Source: a virus
DNA length: 43,390 nt
Reading direction: 5' to 3' (one strand)
IMG/VR virus record: IMGVR_UViG_3300000298_000017
Location: 1 to 43,390 of that record
Shown piece by piece: positions 9,444-17,642 of the stretch (positions are counted from its first letter, which is position 1; every line of letters begins with the position of its first letter). Both the position numbers and the translations under genes were made by a program. The notes below the pieces were generated by a model that ran no database searches, was not told where the DNA came from, and worked only from the letters and a program-made list of their open reading frames with translations.

Positions 9444-9626
9444 TTATTCAACGCCCATAAATTCGTCTAGTGCTTTTTTCAAAATAGCGTTTACTGTGGT
9501 TCCTTCTTCTTTTGCCTTTTGTCTCACCTTATCAGCGTAGTCTTTTCTCACCTTGCATCCCAGCACAGTCATATGCTCTGAAATGTACTTGTTATTCGCT
9601 CTTCTCTGCGATTCTGTCAGCGCCAT
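9444..9626 (-). CDS. Ribbon-helix-helix (Arc/MetJ/CopG-type) DNA-binding protein
   Basis: 60 aa with a strand-helix-helix pattern (VLGCKVRKDYADKVRQKAKEEGTTVNAILKKALDEF). It has its own promoter and terminator. Confidence 0.6.
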   Translation of the reverse strand: MALTESQRRANNKYISEHMTVLGCKVRKDYADKVRQKAKEEGTTVNAILKKALDEFMGVE

Positions 9627-9644
9627 TATACCACCTCACAAAAG

Positions 9645-9673
9645 ATTATAGCAGGTGATACATGGTTATGCAA
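9645..9673 (-). promoter_or_regulatory. Sigma-70-type promoter of the RHH gene with an operator-like repeat in the spacer
   Basis: On the minus strand: TTGCAT, 17-nt spacer, TATAAT, then GAGGTGG RBS and ATG at 9626. The spacer contains AACCATGTA, a copy of the TACATGGTTA repeat. Confidence 0.65.
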
Positions 9674-9721
9674 TATACCGATCAAACAATGTACATGGTT
9701 AAACTTTGTATAATTCGCCAA

Positions 9722-9750
9722 TTGATTATATGGTTAAACCATGTTATTAT
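9722..9750 (+). promoter_or_regulatory. Sigma-70-type promoter for the plus-strand small ORFs, with a 13-bp palindrome in the spacer
   Basis: TTGATT (9722-9727), 17-nt spacer, TATTAT (9745-9750). The spacer holds the palindrome ATGGTTAAACCAT (9730-9742). Confidence 0.6.
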
Positions 9751-9800
9751 ATACTCGTAAGGCAGAGATACAAAATCTCTTACAGAAAGGAGTGAGGTGA

Positions 9801-9914
9801 ATGAACGAAATGCAGGTCACGGAGGCTCTGTTGAGAGCCATCCTAGAACTCATTGAGAAGTGCGACACGCTGGAAGAACTTCGGGAAAGCGTCAAGCGCA
9901 TCATGAATGAGTAA
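9801..9914 (+). CDS. Small helical protein, 37 aa, unknown function
   Basis: AAAGGAGTGAGGTGA followed by ATG. Product is MNEMQVTEALLRAILELIEKCDTLEELRESVKRIMNE. Opposite strand to the surrounding structural genes. Confidence 0.5.
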   Translation: MNEMQVTEALLRAILELIEKCDTLEELRESVKRIMNE

Positions 9915-9953
9915 AAAGTGGGGCGGCTGACACTCGCAAAGCCACCGCCCCAC
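9912..9953 (-). terminator. Intrinsic terminator oriented against the late (minus-strand) transcription direction
   Basis: 9-bp stem GTGGGGCGG/CCGCCCCAC (9918-9926 and 9945-9953). On the minus strand it is followed by TTTTTAC. There is no T-run on the plus side. Confidence 0.5.
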
Positions 9954-10048
9954 ACCACCAAAGGTGAGCCGGGAGCCTTACCCCGGCCACCTTGATTATA
10001 TCAGTGTAAGGCAGATAAATCAAGGCCGCAGGCCGGGAGGGAAAGAAA

Positions 10049-10276
10049 ATGTTGAATCAGGAAATGAGAACCGTAACCATGAGCCGCTCCGATATGCTCC
10101 GCGTACAGCAGGCGCTCACTCACCTGGTAATCGAATATCAGCGAGAGGCCAACGACCCAGACACCACCGACGACTGTCGAGAGATCGCAAAACGCTCCCT
10201 GGCTATGTGGGAGAACATCCGAAACGACTTTAAGTGGCAGATGAACGAGCAGGACCCAGAAGAGTTCCGGCAGTAA
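10049..10276 (+). CDS. Small acidic protein, 75 aa, unknown function
   Basis: GGGAGGGAAAGAAA followed by ATG. Plus strand within a minus-strand structural operon. Product MLNQEMRTVTMSRSDMLRVQQALTHL...DPEEFRQ. Confidence 0.6.
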   Translation: MLNQEMRTVTMSRSDMLRVQQALTHLVIEYQREANDPDTTDDCREIAKRSLAMWENIRNDFKWQMNEQDPEEFRQ

Positions 10277-10321
10277 CTACACCGCCCGCCCCGGAGGTCA
10301 CGAGGGCACCCAATCCGGCCC

Positions 10322-10459
10322 CTAACTGGGGCGGGTTTCTTTTATCTCCTCCCGCTTGATATGTATAATTTTAACACCATTTTTCACGGGAATCAACTCA
10401 ACGCGGTCACCCTTAGCAAGAATAGCCTTGATCTTCGCTTTTATAGTTTCGTCAATCAT
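10322..10459 (-). CDS. Small protein, 45 aa, unknown function
   Basis: ATG at 10459 is ATGA-coupled to the stop of the MuF-like gene. Product MIDETIKAKIKAILAKGDRVELIPVKNGVKIIHIKREE... Confidence 0.45.
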   Translation of the reverse strand: MIDETIKAKIKAILAKGDRVELIPVKNGVKIIHIKREEIKETRPS

Positions 10460-11625
10460 ATTTTCTGCACCGTCGGTCCTGTTATAGATCTTGTCCTTTC
10501 CGGCCTTGGGGTAAGCCCAGCCTGTTCGCAAAATTGCTTGTATTCTGCGCTCAGTGCCGCTGATTTCTTCCGGGCCTGTGTAGCTCCCAGCTTGTCACCT
10601 GCGGCTATCATGGCATCCCTCTCGTCCTTTGCATAGCGGATTGCAGTCTCCATCTGCCTTTGTCTCTGGCTGGCTTCGTAGCGGCTCATCTTCTGCCCCT
10701 TGTACTCGATCTTTTCTGAGGATCGTCGGTTGATGTCCGCCAGCTCCTTCCGGCTGTAGACCGACTTGGAAACCCCCAGTACGATGGGCGTGGCAAAGTG
10801 CTGGCAATTCAGCGTCCCAAAAGGGCGGTCAAGACTGCGATTGATGCGCTCCCACTCCTCATTGGAGAACTGCCGTCCCTGGATGTGGCGGTGGTCGGGG
10901 GCGCAGAGGCCGTGGGCGGAGATCTCCACACCATCGGCTCCAAACTCTCGTCCGGTCTCCTCCATCATTTGACTGTTGAGCCGCCGAACACCCTCCAGGA
11001 TATTCATGCGGGCGGAGGAATCCAGGCGGCGGGAGTATCCGCTTTCCCAGGTCACCCGGCGTAGGCCGCTTCGGGCCATCTCCTTGACTGTTGAGCGCAT
11101 TGCGCTCTGATAATCCACAACGCCGGTCTGCACATAGGCAATCGCCCGGTCAATAGCGGAGATGTAGTATTCCCGCAATGGGATGGTCTGCTTGCCACGC
11201 TTGAATCCAATCATGTAGGTGTTGGAGATATTGGCTGTACCATCCATAGCCTGACGCTTTGCGGCGTCCACAAAGGAGGACAGTACCGACCTGGCGGCGT
11301 AGCTCTGGAGCGCATCCATTTTCCTTGCTCTGTAATAGGTGTTGGCAAACTCCACATTCTCCTCCGCCACCTCCTCGAACAGCCTTTCCACTTCCTGCTG
11401 GTTCACACCCGTAATACGGGCAACTTCTTTCTCAATGGCCTTGAGGTCCGCCCCAGCATATTCGATGGCTGTTTTCAGGCGGTGAGCGTCCGCCGCACCG
11501 ATATCTCCAATTTTACGGATTCGCTCACAGATACGTTGAACAACATAGTTGTTCAGGCTCTCCAGGTTTTCCACGATGTTGTCCGGCAAGCCCTCCAGCC
11601 AGGACTCATTCATCAGTCGGCTCAT
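10456..11625 (-). CDS. Head morphogenesis / minor capsid protein (Mu F / SPP1 gp7-like)
   Basis: 389 aa immediately after the portal. Core sequence GADGVEISAHGLCAPDHRHIQGRQFSNEEWERIN is typical of the MuF-like family. Confidence 0.8.
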   Translation of the reverse strand: MSRLMNESWLEGLPDNIVENLESLNNYVVQRICERIRKIGDIGAADAHRLKTAIEYAGADLKAIEKEVARITGVNQQEVERLFEEVAEENVEFANTYYRARKMDALQSYAARSVLSSFVDAAKRQAMDGTANISNTYMIGFKRGKQTIPLREYYISAIDRAIAYVQTGVVDYQSAMRSTVKEMARSGLRRVTWESGYSRRLDSSARMNILEGVRRLNSQMMEETGREFGADGVEISAHGLCAPDHRHIQGRQFSNEEWERINRSLDRPFGTLNCQHFATPIVLGVSKSVYSRKELADINRRSSEKIEYKGQKMSRYEASQRQRQMETAIRYAKDERDAMIAAGDKLGATQARKKSAALSAEYKQFCEQAGLTPRPERTRSITGPTVQKI

Positions 11626-13024
11626 TTATGATCGGCTGAATTGCCGCCTCCTGTATGTACTGGCTTCCGGCTTCTTCGGCAATCTCCTCCACGCGGGCCT
11701 TGGCCGTCTCATAATCCTCATCCATCATCCAGGCACGAACCTCCGCCTTATCTACAGCGCCGATTCCCTCCGCAACCGTAAGCTGATTGAAGTGTTCATT
11801 CAGTTGTTCGATATAAGAAGCGGACCAATCATAATGCGTCTCCCACGGTCCAATCGGGGCCAGATTATTATAATTGGCAATCACGTCCACAGCGTGGAGC
11901 AGATCGTCTGTCCCTCGTTCCAGTGCCCGGCGGAACTTGGTGATAACCGCAAATGTCGAGTTAAGCGCCGCCCGCATTTCAGTGGCGGTGGCGTAGGAGG
12001 TAGTCGGCGGCGTCAGTATTCCGGGAGACAGGCCACATAGGAGCTCCACCATCTTGTTGTTGACTGTAATTCCGACCTCCAGGTCTGAACCCCGTATCTC
12101 TGGAGAAAACTCTTGGATCAGTTTGCCGGGGTTGGCATTATCTCCGACACCTCTCATCATCTGAAAGAAACGCCGTTTTTCCTGTGGTAGCACTACATTT
12201 CCGTTTTCATCCTTCACCAAAAGAGTCTTGTCGGCAAAGATCATAGTCTCCTTGGCGCTGTACTCCCGGTTGAAACGCTCATACGCCTCCACCGCCTTTG
12301 CCATAGGGCCGTCCACACCGGCTGTAATCTTCACGCCGTTTACGCCGTTCACGTCCGCCCGGTTGACCGCAGGCGACTTATAGCGGCCAAACAGCGGGCG
12401 GTCCACATTTGGGATGATCTGTTCCTCTGGGATGTCCTTCCAGGCTGGCACTTGGTCCAACCGAATCTCGTTCGCTCCCTTAAAGGCTACGTTACGGATG
12501 ATAAGCGCGCTGGTTTCCTGCCCACTCTCAGTCTGTGCCTCCTTAACCATCTGAATCTCATATCGCTGATATAACCCGGACTCATTTTTGATTTCTCCGA
12601 CCTTCAAAATACAGGACAGGATATCATTCCCGATGGACTCGCATACAGCGAAGTCTCCATTCTTCACGATATCTACGCCCAGGCGCTTGCCATCGGTATA
12701 TGGCTTAACAATGCAATCCCCAGTTCCCAGAGCTACCTCAGCGGCCACATCCATTCTGTCTCCCAGGTAGTAGTCCAAAAAATTCTGAATAAATTTCGCT
12801 CTGGCACTATCCCCCTCAATTGTGATAGTGCTGTCCTGCATAGCCAGGGTCGCCACTTTGTTTGCCACAACCGCTGTTACGGAGATATTTGACATATCGC
12901 TGTAATCATCCCGGTATATTGGCTTATCTTGCAACTCCAGCCCGACCTTCTGGGCCAGATAAAGCAAAATGTTCTTCACAAATCCCGTAGGGTACACCCC
13001 CTCAATACATATACTGCTTGACAA
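11606..13024 (-). CDS. Portal protein (SPP1 gp6-like)
   Basis: 472 aa between terL and the MuF-like gene, overlapping both neighbours. The start codon is uncertain (TTG at 13024). Confidence 0.8.
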   Translation of the reverse strand: MSSSICIEGVYPTGFVKNILLYLAQKVGLELQDKPIYRDDYSDMSNISVTAVVANKVATLAMQDSTITIEGDSARAKFIQNFLDYYLGDRMDVAAEVALGTGDCIVKPYTDGKRLGVDIVKNGDFAVCESIGNDILSCILKVGEIKNESGLYQRYEIQMVKEAQTESGQETSALIIRNVAFKGANEIRLDQVPAWKDIPEEQIIPNVDRPLFGRYKSPAVNRADVNGVNGVKITAGVDGPMAKAVEAYERFNREYSAKETMIFADKTLLVKDENGNVVLPQEKRRFFQMMRGVGDNANPGKLIQEFSPEIRGSDLEVGITVNNKMVELLCGLSPGILTPPTTSYATATEMRAALNSTFAVITKFRRALERGTDDLLHAVDVIANYNNLAPIGPWETHYDWSASYIEQLNEHFNQLTVAEGIGAVDKAEVRAWMMDEDYETAKARVEEIAEEAGSQYIQEAAIQPIINEPTDE

Positions 13025-14261
13025 AGTGATTTATGGAGTACCGTAGCTCGTCCATAGCGTGATTGTATGCGTCTACTGGATTCCCGTGCTCGTCCACGCA
13101 GTACATACCGATCTCTTTCAAAAAATCTATGTGTCCATATGTTTCATCTTCCACTAGAAAGAAACATCCGTCCTGAATCATATTTTGTGTGTACTCTATC
13201 CCGACCTTGATTCCCTTGGTACTCCCGCGGATATCGTGTGCATTATTGTCCGCGTTTAGTGCGTCGATTCCATAAAGTTCCAGTTCCTTTCGTAACGCCT
13301 TACAGGCCGGGTCAATATACCATGCGTCTTCCCGCATATTCCAGTGGTTGCGGCAATATGGCGCAAATGTTCCGGCTAGTTCTCTTGCCTGTACGCTCAT
13401 AGCCTTGTTCCCGCCGTCGTAGTACCAGTTTGCCACACGGTATAGCGCCATCCCCTTCTTTGTGCGGCAGACCAGGTTACAGGACACGCTTGTGGCATCC
13501 GTCAGGCCGCCGTCTCCGGCAAAGTACATCTCAATAGGGCGGGCATCGTTCGGCAGCCGGGGCAGGATGTGCTTAGTCGGATCAAACATGGAGTAAATCA
13601 CACCCTGGGGGATACACCGTTCTCCCAGCCAGTCCCGCTGATAGAGATATGGATTTCTCTCCAGCGTCCGGCGTAACTCTTCCTTTCGCTCCGGTGTGAT
13701 AATCGGGTTGTCATCCACCGTCCAATGTGTCCAGCGGGTGTCCTGCACATTGAACACATCTGTGATGACCGGGTGCATGGGTGCTGGCGGGTTCAGGTCG
13801 GCCAAATGCCAACGGATATGGGCGGCATACGTCCGGCGGAAGCACTCCTGAATCATGTTCATGTGCAGGATGTCAATCTCGCAGAAGTACACCCCACCCA
13901 AGGATAGGCCACGGATGGTCTTGTCGCTGTCCGCCTTGGCTCCGCCCTTGTAATAGATCTTCTTTACGCCGGAACAGGTTAGAGCCTCCAGGTGGTCCCC
14001 ATGGTCATCATGCTTCAAGTTCGCTTGCCTTCCAAACAAGTGGATCAGGCCATTTCCATCACCATCCATGACCAACCGAAACGCCTGCTGCTGTGAAGCC
14101 CCGACCACCAGGAAATTGCTGTCCTTGGAGGTGTTCAAGAAGTCATAGAACCGCAGGATGCAGGCCGTGGTCTTGCCGCTTCTGGGCGTTCCCTCCGCCA
14201 CATCCAACGTCCGGTCAAATGGGCGATTCAGAAAATCTATTTGCTTTGCGGAAAGGCTCAT
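13002..14261 (-). CDS. terL: Terminase large subunit (PBSX/SPP1-like)
   Basis: Walker A GTPRSGKT, Walker B-like VYFCEID, and nuclease-domain C-terminal motif DAYNHAMDELRY. 419 aa. Confidence 0.9.
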   Translation of the reverse strand: MSLSAKQIDFLNRPFDRTLDVAEGTPRSGKTTACILRFYDFLNTSKDSNFLVVGASQQQAFRLVMDGDGNGLIHLFGRQANLKHDDHGDHLEALTCSGVKKIYYKGGAKADSDKTIRGLSLGGVYFCEIDILHMNMIQECFRRTYAAHIRWHLADLNPPAPMHPVITDVFNVQDTRWTHWTVDDNPIITPERKEELRRTLERNPYLYQRDWLGERCIPQGVIYSMFDPTKHILPRLPNDARPIEMYFAGDGGLTDATSVSCNLVCRTKKGMALYRVANWYYDGGNKAMSVQARELAGTFAPYCRNHWNMREDAWYIDPACKALRKELELYGIDALNADNNAHDIRGSTKGIKVGIEYTQNMIQDGCFFLVEDETYGHIDFLKEIGMYCVDEHGNPVDAYNHAMDELRYSINHFVKQYMY

Positions 14262-14656
14262 TATTTCCTCGATTCGTACATATCACGCAGTAACGGGTGA
14301 ATCTCTTGTCTTTGCTCCGTATTCGCTGTAAATTTGTCAATCAGCGTTCCCAGTGCAGTGGTAATCTGCGCTGGACTGGCCTCCGCCAGCTTCTCCGGGT
14401 CGTTCAGGGCGGCCAGCCCTTTTCCGATAATCTCGCAGACAACTCCCTTTTGACTGTCCATATACGCCAGAATGTCGGCGGTGTTCTCGTCTTTTTTCTG
14501 ATTGCACATTTCTGCAATATCTGCATTTCCTTGCACAATTTTCTTCACCGTGTTAAGAGAAACGCCATTTACTTTTGCTGTTGCGTTATAACTGCCCAAC
14601 TGTACATAGTCAGCAATAATTTTCTTTTTCTGCTTATCCGTCAGCCGTGCAGCCAT
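14261..14656 (-). CDS. terS: Terminase small subunit
   Basis: 131 aa with an N-terminal HTH-like segment (LTDKQKKKIIADYVQLGSYNATAKVNGVSLNTVKKIV). Overlaps the terL start by 1 nt. RBS AGGAAGGTGGTG. Confidence 0.7.
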   Translation of the reverse strand: MAARLTDKQKKKIIADYVQLGSYNATAKVNGVSLNTVKKIVQGNADIAEMCNQKKDENTADILAYMDSQKGVVCEIIGKGLAALNDPEKLAEASPAQITTALGTLIDKFTANTEQRQEIHPLLRDMYESRK

Positions 14657-15195
14657 AACACCACCTTCCTGTCATACAAATCCGCCCCCGTCTCTCGCAA
14701 CGAGGCGCGGCATATATACCCCTTCCGGGGTATGCTCCGGGTTTGGTCAGGCTTTCCGGGGGCCTGCTCTGTAAGGACTTGCGTCCTGGTGCCACCGCCC
14801 GCCTCATGCGGCGAGGAGCGGCGTATGTGCGCTTTCCCGCTTAGATTGTCACGCCGTATTGGGAGGCCCGTGCACAGGCAAACACGGCAGTTTTCAGCGG
14901 GATAGCGCGGTTTTGACTCTCAAAGGCTGCCATTCTACCCGGAGTCGGCCAGCTATGGCTTACTGGCAGGCCGCTGGTGATTTCACTGGCAAGATACGCG
15001 ACCCCGATTCGCCAGTATAGTGTCTTTCCACAGTCAGCTCCTTGGCCTTTGGAGCACATTGTCTAATGCCCGTAAAGGGCGATGTTGCCGCATGGAGGGC
15101 GAGGCCCTCCGGCCCGGATTCTTGGGCTGGTTCTGCCGTGCGGCGTATGTACCCCGGCAAGCGCCGGGGTTGAGGAGGAAATAGAAGAAGCGAAT
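14657..15195. other. ORF-free, GC-rich, hairpin-dense region (candidate structured RNA or packaging/regulatory region)
   Basis: No credible ORF or RBS. There are many perfect short stems, two of them with GNRA loops when read on the minus strand, and a repeated GCGGCGTATGT module. See findings. Confidence 0.5.
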
Positions 15196-15219
15196 GGGAG
15201 CGCAGGGGCATACGCTCCC
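15181..15219 (-). terminator. Probable terminator of the early/replication operon
   Basis: Stem GGGAGCG/CGCTCCC (15196-15202 and 15213-15219). On the minus strand it is followed by ATTCGCTTCTTCTATTT. An alternative outer pairing AATGGGAG/CTCCCATT exists. Confidence 0.4.
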
Positions 15220-15302
15220 ACACTCCCATTGTCGCATAGTTCTTATTTTGTGCGCACCATATGTTGTGAAGGCAAAAAGTTTTTTCACAATATAATGAAA
15301 GG

Positions 15303-15506
15303 TTAACCTTCATCAAAATAGCCTAAACTTACATCGTAATATTTTGCAATTATCGCAAGATTCGATAGCGTTGGCTCGTGTTCTCCCTTTTCATACCCTC
15401 TCAATGTGTTCTGACCCAATCCCATCAGTTGCGATACAATATCAGCACTTTTCCCTGGCTCCTTTTCTTTCCTCAGGCGCTTTAGCTTATCCTTGAACTC
15501 GTCCAT
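15303..15506 (-). CDS. XRE-family helix-turn-helix protein
   Basis: ATG at 15506 after AAGGATGGTGG. Product MDEFKDKLKRLRKEKEPGKSADIVSQLMGLGQNTLRGYEKGEHEPTLSNLAIIAKYYDVSLGYF. Last gene of the operon. Confidence 0.7.
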   Translation of the reverse strand: MDEFKDKLKRLRKEKEPGKSADIVSQLMGLGQNTLRGYEKGEHEPTLSNLAIIAKYYDVSLGYFDEG

Positions 15507-15519
15507 CCTACCACCATCC

Positions 15520-15720
15520 TTATAGTCCCTGTTGCTCCATTGGGCAGTCAAAGGATACTCTTTTTCTCCGCTTTCCTATTTCCTTGGATTCACAGTGGTC
15601 CACGTCTCCCACTCTACGGCATCCAGTATCTAATAGATGGTTGCAAAAGGGCGCATCCTTGGAATTATTGATACCTCGCCAGTAGACGCAGGTTTTCCCC
15701 TTGTCACAGATTTCGACCAT
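15520..15720 (-). CDS. Small Cys-rich protein, 66 aa
   Basis: GGGAGGAGAGAT followed by ATG at 15720. Product MVEICDKGKTCVYWRG...CNHLLDTGCRRVGDVDHCE. Confidence 0.5.
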   Translation of the reverse strand: MVEICDKGKTCVYWRGINNSKDAPFCNHLLDTGCRRVGDVDHCESKEIGKRRKRVSFDCPMEQQGL

Positions 15721-16042
15721 ATCTCTCCTCCCAAGGTTTAAACAGGTCATCTCCAACAATGGCCCTGATCTGCTCGTCAATCTTTGCTTTGGCATAGACG
15801 AACTCACCATCGTCCTGCTGATCCTCACAGACCATCCGTGCCATACCGTTCATGGCTTCTATGTATGCGGTGCAGAAAGCCTCAGACCTACCAGGGCCAA
15901 GCTGGAGGACCTCGTGAGCGGCAATCATGGCAGCATCTTGTCCCATCTGCATCAGCATGTCCATTTTTAACCGGAAAAGGGCGTTATACTTGGCCTCCGC
16001 TTCTGTCTTGATACGGGCGAGGGTTGCGCTTGGTTTAGGCAT
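15704..16042 (-). CDS. Hypothetical protein, 112 aa
   Basis: Track ORF, tightly packed between neighbours with protein-like composition. Confidence 0.55.
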   Translation of the reverse strand: MPKPSATLARIKTEAEAKYNALFRLKMDMLMQMGQDAAMIAAHEVLQLGPGRSEAFCTAYIEAMNGMARMVCEDQQDDGEFVYAKAKIDEQIRAIVGDDLFKPWEERYGRNL

Positions 16043-16044
16043 TG

Positions 16045-16398
16045 CTATCCCTCCTCATGCTGTCCGCCCTCCCCGTCGTGGATGGAGCCCTCCATCTCAA
16101 TCAAAAACGCCGCATTACAAGCCAGATGCCACAGGTGCGGAAGGCCGCTCTCCTGATCGCACTTCTCCCCCTTGAGATAGGCTAGCCAGTGCCGGTAGAG
16201 CGCATCCCGGTAACGCTGCGGCTCCACCTGCCGCCAGTTCTCCGGGTCGTGATACTTTTCGTTACCGTACATGCGGACCGCCGTCACAGCATCGATTAGA
16301 CTAACAGGAGTAAGTGTGGGGCGGGGCTTCCCTGCGTCGGCTTTGGCTTGCTGGTCGTCTTCATGGCCCCATGTACTGGTAATAATTACTTCGCTCAT
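16045..16398 (-). CDS. dATP/dGTP diphosphohydrolase N-terminal-domain-like protein (DUF5664-like)
   Basis: ATG at 16398 (ATGA-coupled). Motifs VRMYGNEKYHDPENWRQVEPQRYRDALYRHWLAYLKGEKCDQESGLPHLWHLACNAAFLIE match my memory of this phage family. Confidence 0.5.
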   Translation of the reverse strand: MSEVIITSTWGHEDDQQAKADAGKPRPTLTPVSLIDAVTAVRMYGNEKYHDPENWRQVEPQRYRDALYRHWLAYLKGEKCDQESGLPHLWHLACNAAFLIEMEGSIHDGEGGQHEEG

Positions 16399-16988
16399 TC
16401 CGCACCTCCGATGATCTCGTCCAGCTTGACGGATTCGCCGGGGCGGAGAGATGGGAACAATTCCCTTGGTATGTCCCAACATCTGTCTTTCCCTATCGTT
16501 TCTCTGTGCAGTGTCAGATCCGCCTCTGCATACTCACCCCGTACGACCTTGTAGGCCCCCACGGATTCTTTCAGGTCTTTTGCCCTCTCCACCTCCTGCT
16601 CCGTCCAGCGGGGATCGTCAATAAGCTCCCAATGAGCGGGGTCTGGTTTTCTATATAGTGCAATTCTTATCTTGCAACTACTCAATTCCGAAGAACTATG
16701 TAGGCGGCATTTACAGCATTCTCCTGCGTTTTCGCACTCCTTTTGACACTCTTCCAGCGTCCAGTCCTTCAACGGCTTGTCCATGTTGGCCTCCTCCTTC
16801 GTATATGGCACCCAGCAAGTGCCGTTCTCTTTCTTGTGTTGGCAATCCTCATTTTCGCTCCAGTCGCAACAGGGGCCGCCATGAGCACAGTCGCAGCACA
16901 TACCTTCTACTGCGTTGGTTTCCTTATGTTTTGCCGTCTCCGGCATATCATCCTCCACCACATAGCCAAGCCAAAGTTCACTGCTCAT
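16395..16988 (-). CDS. Cys-rich hypothetical protein, 197 aa
   Basis: Track ORF containing CCDCAHGGPCCDW and ECCKC clusters. Confidence 0.55.
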   Translation of the reverse strand: MSSELWLGYVVEDDMPETAKHKETNAVEGMCCDCAHGGPCCDWSENEDCQHKKENGTCWVPYTKEEANMDKPLKDWTLEECQKECENAGECCKCRLHSSSELSSCKIRIALYRKPDPAHWELIDDPRWTEQEVERAKDLKESVGAYKVVRGEYAEADLTLHRETIGKDRCWDIPRELFPSLRPGESVKLDEIIGGAE

Positions 16989-17124
16989 GGCCGTCCTCCT
17001 TCCTTTCCCACTCCCTGCACCGCTGATCCGGCTCCGTGAAGTCGGCGCAGTACGGCGAATCCCCGTTGAAGCACACGCCCTGGAAGTCCTCGTACCAGGC
17101 GCAGGTGGCGCAGCATTTAGTCAT
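16978..17124 (-). CDS. Small Cys-rich protein, 48 aa
   Basis: GGGAGGAAAACCCCC followed by ATG at 17124. Product MTKCCATCAWYEDFQGVCFNGDSPYCADF. The longer track ORF overlaps the upstream gene. Confidence 0.45.
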   Translation of the reverse strand: MTKCCATCAWYEDFQGVCFNGDSPYCADFTEPDQRCREWERKEDGHEQ

Positions 17125-17392
17125 GGGGGTTTTCCTCCCCCATGTAGCAATATCCATCTGGCGGGACCGTATCCTTGATGTATGGGCAGAATATCCCGCC
17201 GGGGAAGGTTTTGAATGCTTCTCCGTGCCTGCATCGGGCGCACCTGACCACAGGCACGGCGTCGATGGTGGGAGCCTTATCAATTTCTTCCACAGGCACA
17301 GCGAACCCCCAGCACTCATCATCTTGGCCCAATCCAAAAAACATAACCTTTCTCTTGTGGTAAAGCAGTTTGTCTGCATCAACTAACTTCAT
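17117..17392 (-). CDS. Hypothetical protein, 91 aa; paralog of 17379..17642
   Basis: ATG at 17392. Product MKLVDADKLL...VEEIDKAPTIDAVPVVRCARCRHG. Confidence 0.55.
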   Translation of the reverse strand: MKLVDADKLLYHKRKVMFFGLGQDDECWGFAVPVEEIDKAPTIDAVPVVRCARCRHGEAFKTFPGGIFCPYIKDTVPPDGYCYMGEENPHD

Positions 17393-17642
17393 ACTTGTCC
17401 TCCTTTCGATGACCATAGGAACAGAAATCGTTTGGCTTGGCACATTCCAGACCTTGCGGAAGAACACACGGAGAAAAATATTCTTCTGGATTATAATGCT
17501 CGCACTCACAACACCTAACTACAGGCACAGCATTAATAGTGGGAGATTTATCAATCACAGCGATAAAATCCCGTCTTGTTTGTGTCCTATATTCTGGTTT
17601 CCAAAATTCCTCTACAATAAGTTCTGCGTCAACCAGCCTCAT
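17379..17642 (-). CDS. Hypothetical protein, 87 aa; paralog of 17117..17392
   Basis: AAAGGTGA followed by ATG at 17642. Product MRLVDAELIV...AVIDKSPTINAVPVVRCCECEHY. Confidence 0.55.
   Translation of the reverse strand: MRLVDAELIVEEFWKPEYRTQTRRDFIAVIDKSPTINAVPVVRCCECEHYNPEEYFSPCVLPQGLECAKPNDFCSYGHRKEDKYEVS

Noticed and set aside
10285-10345. Terminator after the 75-aa plus-strand ORF (CCCGCCCC…GGGGCGGG followed by TTTCTTTTAT)
   Set aside because: The arms are separated by a 35-nt loop, and the right arm lies inside the 3' end of the minus-strand ORF 10322..10459. It may function as a terminator, but it is too weak to call as a feature.
14806-15140. Long-range 8-bp complementarities (CACGGCAG/CTGCCGTG and CATGCGGC/GCCGCATG) as evidence for a pseudoknotted RNA
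   Set aside because: In about 550 nt, roughly two perfect 8-mer complementary pairs are expected by chance. They add no statistical support without covariation data.
14297-15316. Track ORFs 14297..14905(+), 14841..15059(-), 14960..15316(-), 15034..15288(-) and 15082..15306(+) as genes
   Set aside because: None has a Shine-Dalgarno sequence. Their translations are Arg/Pro/Cys/Ser-rich and non-protein-like. They also overlap each other or lie antisense to terS. The region is treated as noncoding.
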